Positions 1 through 7,964 of a stretch of 61,861 nucleotides of DNA are shown here, in pieces (within the stretch, counting starts at the first letter, position 1; each line of letters starts with the position of its first letter). Source of the DNA: Eubacteriales bacterium (GTDB lineage: Bacteria > Bacillota > Clostridia > Oscillospirales > CAG-272); NCBI GenBank assembly GCA_045657105.1, contig JAZOSN010000042.1, positions 1 to 61,861 on the forward strand. Reading direction: 5' to 3'. The translations under genes and the position numbers were made by a program. Under the pieces are notes generated by a model. The model had not been told where the DNA came from. It did not search any database and saw nothing but the letters and a program-made list of their open reading frames with translations.

Positions 1-75
1 CTCAGGCGAACCGGTGTCGCCCTCGTGCATAGCGTTAGCGAGAATGATTTCCTGCTTTTTTTCCTTTGCGAGCAT
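1..75 (-). CDS. rpsO: 30S ribosomal protein S15, N-terminal part (runs off window)
   Basis: Manual translation MLAKEKKQEIILANAMHEGDTGSPE carries the S15 HxxDTGSPE motif; GAAAGGTG RBS upstream. Confidence 0.95.
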   Translation of the reverse strand, partial: MLAKEKKQEIILANAMHEGDTGSPE

Positions 76-103
76 AGTTTTTCACCTTTCTGTAAATTTA
101 TTC

Positions 104-182
104 TCCGATAAAACCGAGTTCGCGGTCTGGTGAAACCGTTCAAAAAGCGAACGCTTACCCGCAAACCAAGCTATACGGATTA
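104..182 (-). ncRNA. Ribosomal protein S15 autoregulatory leader, Firmicute type
   Basis: Minus strand CCGTATAGCTTGGTTTGCGG...TCACCAGACCGCGAACTCGGTTTTATCGG resembles the Bacillus/Geobacillus S15 leader (GCTTGG..TCACC..CTCGG); lies directly 5' of rpsO. Confidence 0.65.
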
Positions 183-219
183 TGTTTTGCCGTGAGCGTC
201 GCGCTCACACGCGAAAAGC

Positions 220-248
220 ATTATATCATATAAGTAAGCAATTTGCAA
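220..248 (-). promoter_or_regulatory. sigma-A promoter of rpsO
   Basis: TTGCAA-17bp-TATAAT with TG extended -10 on the minus strand. Confidence 0.7.
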
Positions 249-265
249 ATCTACTCGGAATATGT

Positions 266-1543
266 TTACAAATTATTTACAAATCTTTCTTCAAATTCCT
301 TCATATCGACCACAGTTCCCTTGACGCGTGACTCCTCGGCGGCAAAAGCGATGAGGTGATTTTTGCAGGTACGCTCGATCGTGCAGACCGAGTTTCCTCT
401 GTAACTGCCGTCAAGGCACTTGGCAAGTGCCGCAACAATGCCTCTGTCGCCTCCTCCGTGGCCTCCGTCTATCGTCTGATCCATCAGTGCGTCAGAGAGC
501 ATTATTTTTTCGCTCTTGCCGGTAGCAAAGCTGTAAAGCATAACGTGATCCGCGCCCATATTTGCAGTTATTTCTCCGGCAGTTCCCATGATTTTTATAT
601 TTCTCGAGCCCTTGTTGAAGGCGCACATCGTGAAGCTGACCGTTTCGCCGTCCTCAAATTCAAGATTTACCGTCTGATGATCGACTACGTTGTTGTTGCA
701 ACGGAAAACACAACGTCCGTAATCGCCTCGGAGCGCCTCGTCGATATCGGCGTCGGTAGGCTCCTGTTTTTTTGCTATCGCACGCACGAACGCGCTCGTT
801 TTCGACATACTTTTGTAAACCTTCTCCGCGTGATACGGACAACTGTCGGCGTGGGGACATCCATCAATGCAGTGACTCGGAGCACCTTCGGGAGCGTTCT
901 CCTCTTTAAAGTAGCTTAGCGAGCCAAAGCTATGAACACGCGAGCAGTCTTTTCCGATAAGCCACTGCAAAATATCGATATCGTGACATGTCTTTTGAAC
1001 TATCATCGGCGTACTTTCCTCGCTGTTTTTCCAATTTCCGCGTACAAAGGAGTGACTTTGGTGAATGTTGCCGACACATTCGGCGTGCTGAATATGAACG
1101 ATATTTCCGATTTTTCCTGAGTCGATCAGATTTTTAAGTGCGATGAAAAACGGAGTGAATCTCAGGACGTGACATACGAGCACAAAAACGCCCTTTTTCT
1201 TCGCCGCAAGCTCGATAGTTTTGCACTCTTCGGGAGTTGCGCCCATCGGCTTTTCGAGCAACAGATCGTATCCCTTATCAATAGCGGCAAGAGCAGGAGC
1301 GAGATGATCTCTGTCCATTGTCGCAATGATAACAAGGTCGGCAAATTTCGGGCGGGAAAGCAGATCTTCCCACGAAGTGTGGCAAAGCTCCTCAGGCACG
1401 CCAAAGGTATCTCTGATGTAGTTTCTTCTTGTGTCTATCGGCTCAGCGACGGCAACGATCTCGAAGCCTCCGATGGTATTTGCGGCAAGCTCCGAATAGC
1501 AAGTACCCCTGCCTCCTGCACCGATAACAATGATTTTTTTCAT
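266..1543 (-). CDS. Gfo/Idh/MocA family oxidoreductase
   Basis: GAGGRG Rossmann motif, LLEKP motif, CHDID, C-terminal GGHGGGD. Confidence 0.9.
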   Translation of the reverse strand: MKKIIVIGAGGRGTCYSELAANTIGGFEIVAVAEPIDTRRNYIRDTFGVPEELCHTSWEDLLSRPKFADLVIIATMDRDHLAPALAAIDKGYDLLLEKPMGATPEECKTIELAAKKKGVFVLVCHVLRFTPFFIALKNLIDSGKIGNIVHIQHAECVGNIHQSHSFVRGNWKNSEESTPMIVQKTCHDIDILQWLIGKDCSRVHSFGSLSYFKEENAPEGAPSHCIDGCPHADSCPYHAEKVYKSMSKTSAFVRAIAKKQEPTDADIDEALRGDYGRCVFRCNNNVVDHQTVNLEFEDGETVSFTMCAFNKGSRNIKIMGTAGEITANMGADHVMLYSFATGKSEKIMLSDALMDQTIDGGHGGGDRGIVAALAKCLDGSYRGNSVCTIERTCKNHLIAFAAEESRVKGTVVDMKEFEERFVNNL

Positions 1544-1670
1544 AATTTTTGCTTCCTCTCTGAAAAAACTTGACTTTCAACTGCTTGTATTATATAATGT
1601 TGTCAAAGGAAAATCAATTGACTCTTTTGCTAAAAAGGTGTACTTTTTTACTGTTTATGAAAGGAAAGCT

Positions 1671-2495
1671 ATGAATCTGTCATATCACGCATTTGAAAGT
1701 CCTCTGCACGGGATAAACGCCTGCGATCGGGAAAGTAACGACTATCCTCTTATCGTCAACTGTGCGGGACGCTCCGAGATATCCTTCCCGTTTGCTACCC
1801 ATAACAAAACGGGCAGATCGGATATTTACCTTATGTATATTGCCGGAGGCGAGTTGCAGATCGGAGATGCCGCAGTCGGGGCAGGAACACTTGTGATCTT
1901 CGGCGCAAAATATCCGTATAGATACTCTCACACGAGCACTGACGACGTCGTTTATCTGTGGGCACATTTTACCGGCTCTTACGCCGAGCGTCTGCTTGTT
2001 GACCTCGGATTTTCCAAGACTCCGTTTATAAAAAAGCTCCCCTCGGATAATCTTTTGGAGTCGAGATTTCGCTCGCTTTTCGAGCGCTTTGAAGGAAAAA
2101 GCGTCTTTGAAAGGCAAGAGCTTTCTTGTGCGCTTGAGAGAATTTTGCTCGAAGCGGCTCGCTCTGCCGTCGGTGAAAAGAGGGGAGAAAGTCTGCTCGG
2201 TACCTCTCTCAGATATATTCACGATCATTACAACTCAGAGATAAGAATACCCGAGCTTGCGAAAATGGAAAATCTGAGCAATTCACGCTACGTTGCGCGT
2301 TTTACCTCTGCCGTCGGAATGTCTCCGATGCAGTATATAGTTGAGCTTCGCCTCAGGTATGCCTGCGATCTGCTCGAAAATACCGACATGAGCATAAAAG
2401 AGGTGGCGTCGCTCTCGGGATACGACGATCCGCATTTTTTCAGTAAGCTTTTTAAAAAGCATATAGGACTATCTCCGAGCGAGCACAGAAAATAA
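1671..2495 (+). CDS. AraC family transcriptional regulator
   Basis: C-terminal double HTH (LLENTDMSIKEVASLSGYDDPHFFSKLFKK); start moved to ATG 1671 after GAAAGGA; divergent from the oxidoreductase. Confidence 0.9.
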   Translation: MNLSYHAFESPLHGINACDRESNDYPLIVNCAGRSEISFPFATHNKTGRSDIYLMYIAGGELQIGDAAVGAGTLVIFGAKYPYRYSHTSTDDVVYLWAHFTGSYAERLLVDLGFSKTPFIKKLPSDNLLESRFRSLFERFEGKSVFERQELSCALERILLEAARSAVGEKRGESLLGTSLRYIHDHYNSEIRIPELAKMENLSNSRYVARFTSAVGMSPMQYIVELRLRYACDLLENTDMSIKEVASLSGYDDPHFFSKLFKKHIGLSPSEHRK

Positions 2496-2517
2496 ACCGC
2501 GTAAAGGATAAAAACAC

Positions 2518-2546
2518 TTGACATTTAGAGGTGTATTCGCTATAAT
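2518..2546 (+). promoter_or_regulatory. sigma-A promoter of the recX-rimO operon
   Basis: Perfect TTGACA-17bp-TATAAT. Confidence 0.8.
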
Positions 2547-2627
2547 AAAGATGGATATTTTTTTGCTTACAAAAATATCGCGTCGCTCCTGCACGGCGGC
2601 AAAAGAGGTTTACGGAGGCTTTGAAGA

Positions 2628-3083
2628 ATGAAGAAAACGCCCGCTTATTCAAAGGCGATCGCTCTGCTCGCACTGAGCGATATGAGCGAGCGAAAGCTTC
2701 GCGAAAAGCTCCGCACAAAAGGATTTTCAAGTGACGAAATATCCGAGGCTCTCGAAGAGCTGAAAGCTCAGGGATACCTTTCGGACGACAGACTTATCGA
2801 AAATCTCGTAAATTACTATGCAAAACGAAAATATTTCGGCAAATACCGCATAAAGTTAGAGCTGCTCTCAAAGTTTGACAGAGAGAGCGTAGACAGATGC
2901 TTTGATGCGGCTTGTGAGTGTGTCGATTTCAGATCGCTTGCCGCCGAAATTGCAGTCAAAGAGGCTTCAAGGGGCGTCGAGAAGGAAAAGCTCGTGCGAA
3001 AGCTCCAAAGGCTCGGTCACGACGCGACGTCTATAAGACAGGCTCTTGCCGAGGTCAAAAAATCAGAAAATCAGGATACATAA
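2628..3083 (+). CDS. recX: Regulatory protein RecX
   Basis: SERKLREKLRTKGF...GYLSDDR...GKYRIKLEL...KLQRLG pattern of RecX repeats. Confidence 0.85.
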   Translation: MKKTPAYSKAIALLALSDMSERKLREKLRTKGFSSDEISEALEELKAQGYLSDDRLIENLVNYYAKRKYFGKYRIKLELLSKFDRESVDRCFDAACECVDFRSLAAEIAVKEASRGVEKEKLVRKLQRLGHDATSIRQALAEVKKSENQDT

Positions 3084-3099
3084 AGGAGAAAAACTCTCT

Positions 3100-4464
3100 A
3101 TGCCAAAACAGATAAAGGTCGGATTCGTTTCGCTCGGCTGCTCTAAAAACCGTATCGACACCGAGGTAATGCTCCACACCCTGCTCAGTGCAGGATACGA
3201 GATCACCGCAGACGAAACCGAGGCGGACGTAGTTATAATCAACACCTGCGCGTTTATCGAGAGCGCAAAAAAGGAAGCTATCGACAATATTCTTGACGTC
3301 GCGTGGCTTAAAGAAAACAAGGATCTTAAAGGAATCGTCGTTTGCGGCTGTCTTGCCGAGCGTTACGGCAGAGAGATACTTGACGAGATGCCCGAGGTCG
3401 ATGCCATCGTAGGCGTCGGCGGACTCCCCAAGATCGCAGAAGCGGTCGAGGCGGCATACGAGGCAGGATTTCGCAATAAAAAGTCGCAGAGCGTGAAAAA
3501 ATACGCCTGTCTTGACGACAAGAACATAATGCCGCTCGGCGGCGACAGAGTCGTCACGACCCCTGAATACAGTGCATACATAAAGGTCGCAGAGGGTTGC
3601 GACAATCACTGCACCTACTGCGTTATCGGAAATATACGCGGAAAATTCAGAAGCCGTCCTATCGAGGACATCGTGGCAGAGGCAAAAACGCTCGAAGAGC
3701 TCGGAGTCAAGGAACTTAACGTCGTCGCACAGGACACCTCGCGATACGGTCTTGACATTTACGGAGAGTATTCTCTTGCAAGGCTCGTGAGAGCTCTGAC
3801 CGAGCAGACAAGTATCCCGTGGATAAGACTTCTCTACTGCTACCCCGACAAGATAACCGACGAGCTCTGCGAAGAATTCAAAAACAACGACAGACTCGTA
3901 AAATATATTGATATGCCGATACAGCACATCTCGGACAATGTGCTCGACCGAATGAACCGCCACGGCGGAAGCGCGGTAATAAAGGACGCCATCGAAAGGC
4001 TTCGCAAGGCATCTCCCGACATCGTGCTCCGCACGACCGTTCTGGTCGGCTTCCCGGGAGAAAGCGACGAGGATTTTGAGGAGCTTTGCGAGTTCATCAA
4101 ACAGGCAAAATTTGACCGTCTTGGCGCATTCACCTACTCGGCAGAGGAAGGAACGCCTGCGGCAGAAATGGACGATCAAGTCGACGAGCAGGTAAAGCAG
4201 GACAGATACGACCTCGTTATGAGAATTCAGGGCGAGATCTCCGCCGAAAAGAACGAGCAAAAGCTCGGCAGTGTGGTCGAGGTCGTCTGCGAAGGATACG
4301 ACACGGTATCCGAAATATATTACGGCAGAAGTGCCGCAGATGCGCCCGAGATCGACGGAAAGATCTATTTTTCCTCGGACAGAGCGGTCGACGAGGGTGA
4401 ATTTGTAAAGGTCAAGATCGGAAACGTGCTCGACTACGACCTTCTCGGCGATCTTGCCGAGTAA
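3100..4464 (+). CDS. rimO: Ribosomal protein S12 methylthiotransferase RimO
   Basis: SLGCSKN UPF0004 domain, radical SAM CDNHCTYC, TRAM domain with DAPEIDG; ATG 3100 after AAGGAG. Confidence 0.95.
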   Translation: MPKQIKVGFVSLGCSKNRIDTEVMLHTLLSAGYEITADETEADVVIINTCAFIESAKKEAIDNILDVAWLKENKDLKGIVVCGCLAERYGREILDEMPEVDAIVGVGGLPKIAEAVEAAYEAGFRNKKSQSVKKYACLDDKNIMPLGGDRVVTTPEYSAYIKVAEGCDNHCTYCVIGNIRGKFRSRPIEDIVAEAKTLEELGVKELNVVAQDTSRYGLDIYGEYSLARLVRALTEQTSIPWIRLLYCYPDKITDELCEEFKNNDRLVKYIDMPIQHISDNVLDRMNRHGGSAVIKDAIERLRKASPDIVLRTTVLVGFPGESDEDFEELCEFIKQAKFDRLGAFTYSAEEGTPAAEMDDQVDEQVKQDRYDLVMRIQGEISAEKNEQKLGSVVEVVCEGYDTVSEIYYGRSAADAPEIDGKIYFSSDRAVDEGEFVKVKIGNVLDYDLLGDLAE

Positions 4465-4489
4465 AAATACAGGAATTTTGGAGAGAAAA

Positions 4490-5122
4490 ATGGAAAACAA
4501 AAAGCTTTTCAGAAAAGAAAACGTACCCAACATACTGACGGTGATAAGAGCTCTGCTCGTTCCCGTTTTTATGGTGCTTATCATTTTTTCGCCTCGTGAC
4601 GATTCGGACGGCGAGATAGTTATGCGCCTTATCAGTGCCGCACTTTTCGGTCTTATTTCGCTTACCGATATGATAGACGGAAAGATGGCAAGAAAGTATA
4701 ATCTCGTTTCGGATTTCGGAAAATTCCTTGATCCGCTTGCCGACAAGATACTCGTGTTCGGCGCTATGATCTCGCTCATAACCTTTATGGGCGGCGACGA
4801 GGGCGTCCCTTACGTATTCGAAATCTGCATGGTATTTGCAATTTTTATTTTCTTCACGCGCGAGATCGCAGTCACCTCGCTCCGTCTGCTCTTTTCAAAC
4901 AAGGGCGGTCACGCGCTTGCAGCGAATTTTGCAGGAAAAATGAAGACCGTTTTTCAGATAATCTTTATCATCGTCGCACTTATCGAGCCGATATTCTGGG
5001 ATCTCTGGATCGCGACCTTCGTATCCATGGCAGTTATGGCGGCTATGACCGTTATTTCGGGAATTATCTACTTTAAAGAGTACATTCCGCTCATAAAAGG
5101 TCAAAGCGGCGAAAACAAATAA
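4490..5122 (+). CDS. pgsA: CDP-diacylglycerol--glycerol-3-phosphate 3-phosphatidyltransferase
   Basis: PNILT, DMIDGKMARKYNLVSDFGKFLDPLADK CDP-alcohol phosphotransferase motif. Confidence 0.92.
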   Translation: MENKKLFRKENVPNILTVIRALLVPVFMVLIIFSPRDDSDGEIVMRLISAALFGLISLTDMIDGKMARKYNLVSDFGKFLDPLADKILVFGAMISLITFMGGDEGVPYVFEICMVFAIFIFFTREIAVTSLRLLFSNKGGHALAANFAGKMKTVFQIIFIIVALIEPIFWDLWIATFVSMAVMAAMTVISGIIYFKEYIPLIKGQSGENK

Positions 5123-5159
5123 TCAAGGCATTTAAAATTCTGTGAAAGGGGGCTTCGGT

Positions 5160-6188
5160 ATGACCGTAAAAGAGCTTGACGACAAGATCAAACGCGGACT
5201 TGGCGGAGTTTACCTTTTCTACGGAGAAGAGGAATATTTGAAGCGCCGTTATCTCGAAAAGGTGCGTGAGGCGCTCCTTACGGACGAAACGGACGCGGTT
5301 TTCAATCACGTAAAGATAGAAAACGGCGAGGTCGAAAGACTGGGCGACGAGCTTATCGGCACTCCTCTTTTCGGGAGCGCAGGCGGCAGGCTTATCGAGC
5401 TCTGGGGTGTTGATTTTACCGCCATGAGCGATTCGAAGCTCGACGAGCTCGCGGTCGCTTTTTCAGAGGTGACCGACGACACTCTGCTTATCTACTGCAA
5501 GCCCGACGAATTCACAGAGGGCACGAAAAAAGCGCAGAGCGCCCCGTTTAAAAAGTTTTCTTCCTCGGCAAATCTTATAAATTTCGAAAAGCAGACCCCC
5601 GCAAAGCTTATCGGTTGGGCAAGCAGACATTTTGCATCACACGGTTGCGCCGCGGATCCGCAGATCTGCAAGAAGCTTATCGATTACTGTGCAAACGATA
5701 TGTTCGTGCTCGCGTCCGAGATCGACAAGCTCTCCTCTTTTGCAAGACAAAACGGCAAGGTCGTTATAAGCGAGGATATGATATATTTAGTCTGCTCCCC
5801 AAACACCGTTTTCGGAGTTTTTGACTTTGCAAATGCAATGATAGACGGCAACATGCCGCTCGCGCTCAGTATTTTTGCAGAAATGAAGCTTCGCAAGGAA
5901 AAGCCGGAATTTATTTTGTCCTCGGTTTCCAAGATATGCAGTGAGCTTCTCACCGTGAGAATTCTCTCAGATGCAGGATACTCCAAGCAGGATATTGCAA
6001 AGAAAATGAAGATGCACGAATATCCGGTTTCCCTGCGAATGGCGGCGGCATCAAAGAAGAGCGTCGAAATGCTCGAAAGAGCGGTAAAGCGTTGTTGCGA
6101 AACCGATTTGAAGATAAAATCAACAAGCCTGGACGATTACACCGAGCTCGAGATCCTAATTCTTTCGCTCGGCAGAAGGCAGGCGTAA
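5160..6188 (+). CDS. holA: DNA polymerase III delta subunit
   Basis: VYLFYGEEEYL N-terminus, EIDKL, C-terminal DLKIKS. Confidence 0.9.
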   Translation: MTVKELDDKIKRGLGGVYLFYGEEEYLKRRYLEKVREALLTDETDAVFNHVKIENGEVERLGDELIGTPLFGSAGGRLIELWGVDFTAMSDSKLDELAVAFSEVTDDTLLIYCKPDEFTEGTKKAQSAPFKKFSSSANLINFEKQTPAKLIGWASRHFASHGCAADPQICKKLIDYCANDMFVLASEIDKLSSFARQNGKVVISEDMIYLVCSPNTVFGVFDFANAMIDGNMPLALSIFAEMKLRKEKPEFILSSVSKICSELLTVRILSDAGYSKQDIAKKMKMHEYPVSLRMAAASKKSVEMLERAVKRCCETDLKIKSTSLDDYTELEILILSLGRRQA

Positions 6189-6785
6189 ATGAAGATAAAA
6201 ATTGACGAGATCGTGCTCGTCGAGGGGCGATATGACAAGATAAAGCTTGACAGTCTGCTCGACGCGACCGTGATCTCAGTAAACGGCTTCGGACTTTTTA
6301 AGGACGAAGAGAAAAAGGAAACGATCCGCGCACTTAGTGCAAAAAAAGGAGCCATAATCCTATGCGACAGCGACGGAGGCGGCACCGTCATACGCCGTCA
6401 CCTGAACTCGATACTCCCGAAAGAGGCAGTGAAAAATCTCTATATTCCCGAAATTATGGGAAAAGAGCGGCGAAAGGCAAGGGTGTCAAAGGAGGGCAAG
6501 CTCGGAGTCGAGGGAATGGACTCAGAGCTCCTCAGAGATCTTTTCAGACCGTTTGAGTCGAGCGCCGAGAAAAAGGACACGATTCGGGTAACTGCCGCAG
6601 ACCTCGTTTCAGACGGATTTTCGGGCGGAGAAAACTCGTCCGAAAAACGCGCGGAGCTTGCAAAAGCGTTAGGGCTACCGTCAGGTGTCACCACAAAGCT
6701 GCTCGTTGACGCTATCAATATTTTGGGCGGGCGGGAAAGCTATGAGAGTGCAAAGTGCAAAGTTGAAAGTGCAAAGTTAATGTAG
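6189..6785 (+). CDS. rnmV: Ribonuclease M5-like Toprim/DUF4093 protein
   Basis: IVLVEGRYD and DSDGGG Toprim motifs; EGKLGVEG. Confidence 0.8.
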   Translation: MKIKIDEIVLVEGRYDKIKLDSLLDATVISVNGFGLFKDEEKKETIRALSAKKGAIILCDSDGGGTVIRRHLNSILPKEAVKNLYIPEIMGKERRKARVSKEGKLGVEGMDSELLRDLFRPFESSAEKKDTIRVTAADLVSDGFSGGENSSEKRAELAKALGLPSGVTTKLLVDAINILGGRESYESAKCKVESAKLM

Positions 6786-6941
6786 CTTTGCTTCGCAAAG
6801 CAACCTATCAAAGCCTTCCCTTGTGAGGGAAGGTGGATTGCCGAAGGCAAGACGGATGAGTAGTATCCCTGACACGCTTTATTAAGTGCAAAGTGCAAAG
6901 TTAAAAGTGCAAAGTTAATGTAGCTTTGCTCCGCAAAGCAA
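6747..6941 (+). repeat. 57-bp direct repeat (6747-6803 and 6885-6941) made of 7-mer AGTGCAA tandem units plus a GCTTTGC-TYC-GCAAAGC hairpin
   Basis: The two copies differ at 2 of 57 positions; between them lie hairpins CCTTCCCT-TGTG-AGGGAAGG and TTGCC-GAA-GGCAA. Confidence 0.9.
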
Positions 6942-6952
6942 ATTATTAAACG

Positions 6953-7074
6953 CGGGAGGAGCAAGCCCCTCCCCTACGAGCGCAATTGAAATTCTCGCAG
7001 TGGGGGTCGGCGCACGTTTTGCAAGTGCAAAGTGCGAAGCGGCGCCTCGCGCCGATTTAGCCTCTGACGACCCG
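6953..7074. repeat. Divergent pair of GTRG-type REP-like palindromes
   Basis: Minus strand GTAGGGGAGGGGCTTGCTCCTCCCG (6953-6977); plus strand GTGGGGGTCGGCGC...GACGACCCG (7000-7074) with an internal insert. Confidence 0.6.
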
Positions 7075-7092
7075 TAATTACTAATATTTTTT

Positions 7093-7192
7093 AGCAAAGT
7101 TTTTGAAAGAGTGTGAGAAAGCTTTTTCCAAAAAGTTTTCTCGCAGAAAATGTTTTGAAAGGCATGGAAAACTTTTCTTAAAAGTTTTCCGA
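7093..7192 (+). repeat. AAAGTTTTTG-headed palindromic repeat, two tandem units
   Basis: Closely matches the reverse complement of 57200-57300. Confidence 0.9.
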
Positions 7193-7202
7193 GAAAAGAA
7201 AA

Positions 7203-7652
7203 ATGAGATGTCCGATTTGTTCACACGATGACAGCAAGGTAATAGACTCGCGTCCGACAGAAAGCGGAACTATCCGCCGCCGCCGCGAATGTCTGTCCTG
7301 CAAGCACCGTTTCACCACCTACGAGGTCATCGAGGTAATTCCGATTTTCGTAGTCAAAAAGAACGGAACGAAGGAGATTTTCGACAAGCAGAAGCTCCTC
7401 GGCGGACTTATAAAGTCCTGCTACAAGCGTCCGATATCCATACCGCAGCTCGAAGAGCTCGTTGAAAACATCGAGCAGGAGCTTTACAACTCTCTGCGCG
7501 GCGAGATTTCCTCGACCGAGATAGGCGAGATGGTAATGCACCGTCTTAAAGCGCTCGACGAGGTATCCTACGTCCGTTTCGCATCGGTATACAGAGAATT
7601 CAAGGATATAGACACCTTCCTTTCCGAGATAAAGGAACTCATAAAGAAATAA
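7203..7652 (+). CDS. nrdR: Transcriptional repressor NrdR
   Basis: MRCPIC..VIDSR..IRRRRECxxCxxRFTTYE, ATP-cone, [11 protein letters not shown]. Confidence 0.97.
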   Translation: MRCPICSHDDSKVIDSRPTESGTIRRRRECLSCKHRFTTYEVIEVIPIFVVKKNGTKEIFDKQKLLGGLIKSCYKRPISIPQLEELVENIEQELYNSLRGEISSTEIGEMVMHRLKALDEVSYVRFASVYREFKDIDTFLSEIKELIKK

Positions 7653-7666
7653 GGGAATAAAATAAT

Positions 7667-7924
7667 ATGACAGGAACTTTTTCGTACAGAACTCGCGGAG
7701 TGTGCTCGCGCGAGATAAACATAAGCGTCAAGGACGGCATTATTGACTCCGTTCAGTACGTTGGCGGTTGCAGCGGAAACACACAGGGTGTTGCCGCGCT
7801 CGTCAGGGGAATGAGCGTTGACGAGGCGATCGAGCGTCTTTCGGGCATAAGATGCGGATTCAGAAGCACCTCCTGCCCCGATCAGCTCGCCGAGGCGCTT
7901 AAACAGATGAAAGAAAACAACTAA
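7667..7924 (+). CDS. TIGR03905 family TSCPD-domain protein
   Basis: GVCSREI, GGCSGN, CGFRSTSCPDQLA. Confidence 0.9.
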   Translation: MTGTFSYRTRGVCSREINISVKDGIIDSVQYVGGCSGNTQGVAALVRGMSVDEAIERLSGIRCGFRSTSCPDQLAEALKQMKENN

Positions 7925-7964
7925 AAATCCAGATATAAGGCAAAACAAAGGAAACTCACACAAA

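Noticed and set aside
2551-2631. 26-codon upstream ORF overlapping the recX start (ATGA)
   Set aside because: Its ATG lies only 4 nt after the -10 box, probably upstream of the TSS, and has no RBS; no supporting evidence
3055-4779. Long antisense ORFs (also 14392-15444, 18354-19460, 30075-31343, 47200-48459)
   Set aside because: Shadow frames of well-identified genes caused by codon bias; no motifs or RBS
6740-7097. Short minus-strand ORFs in the rnmV-nrdR gap, and 22310-22651
   Set aside because: Translations of repeat DNA with no coding signals
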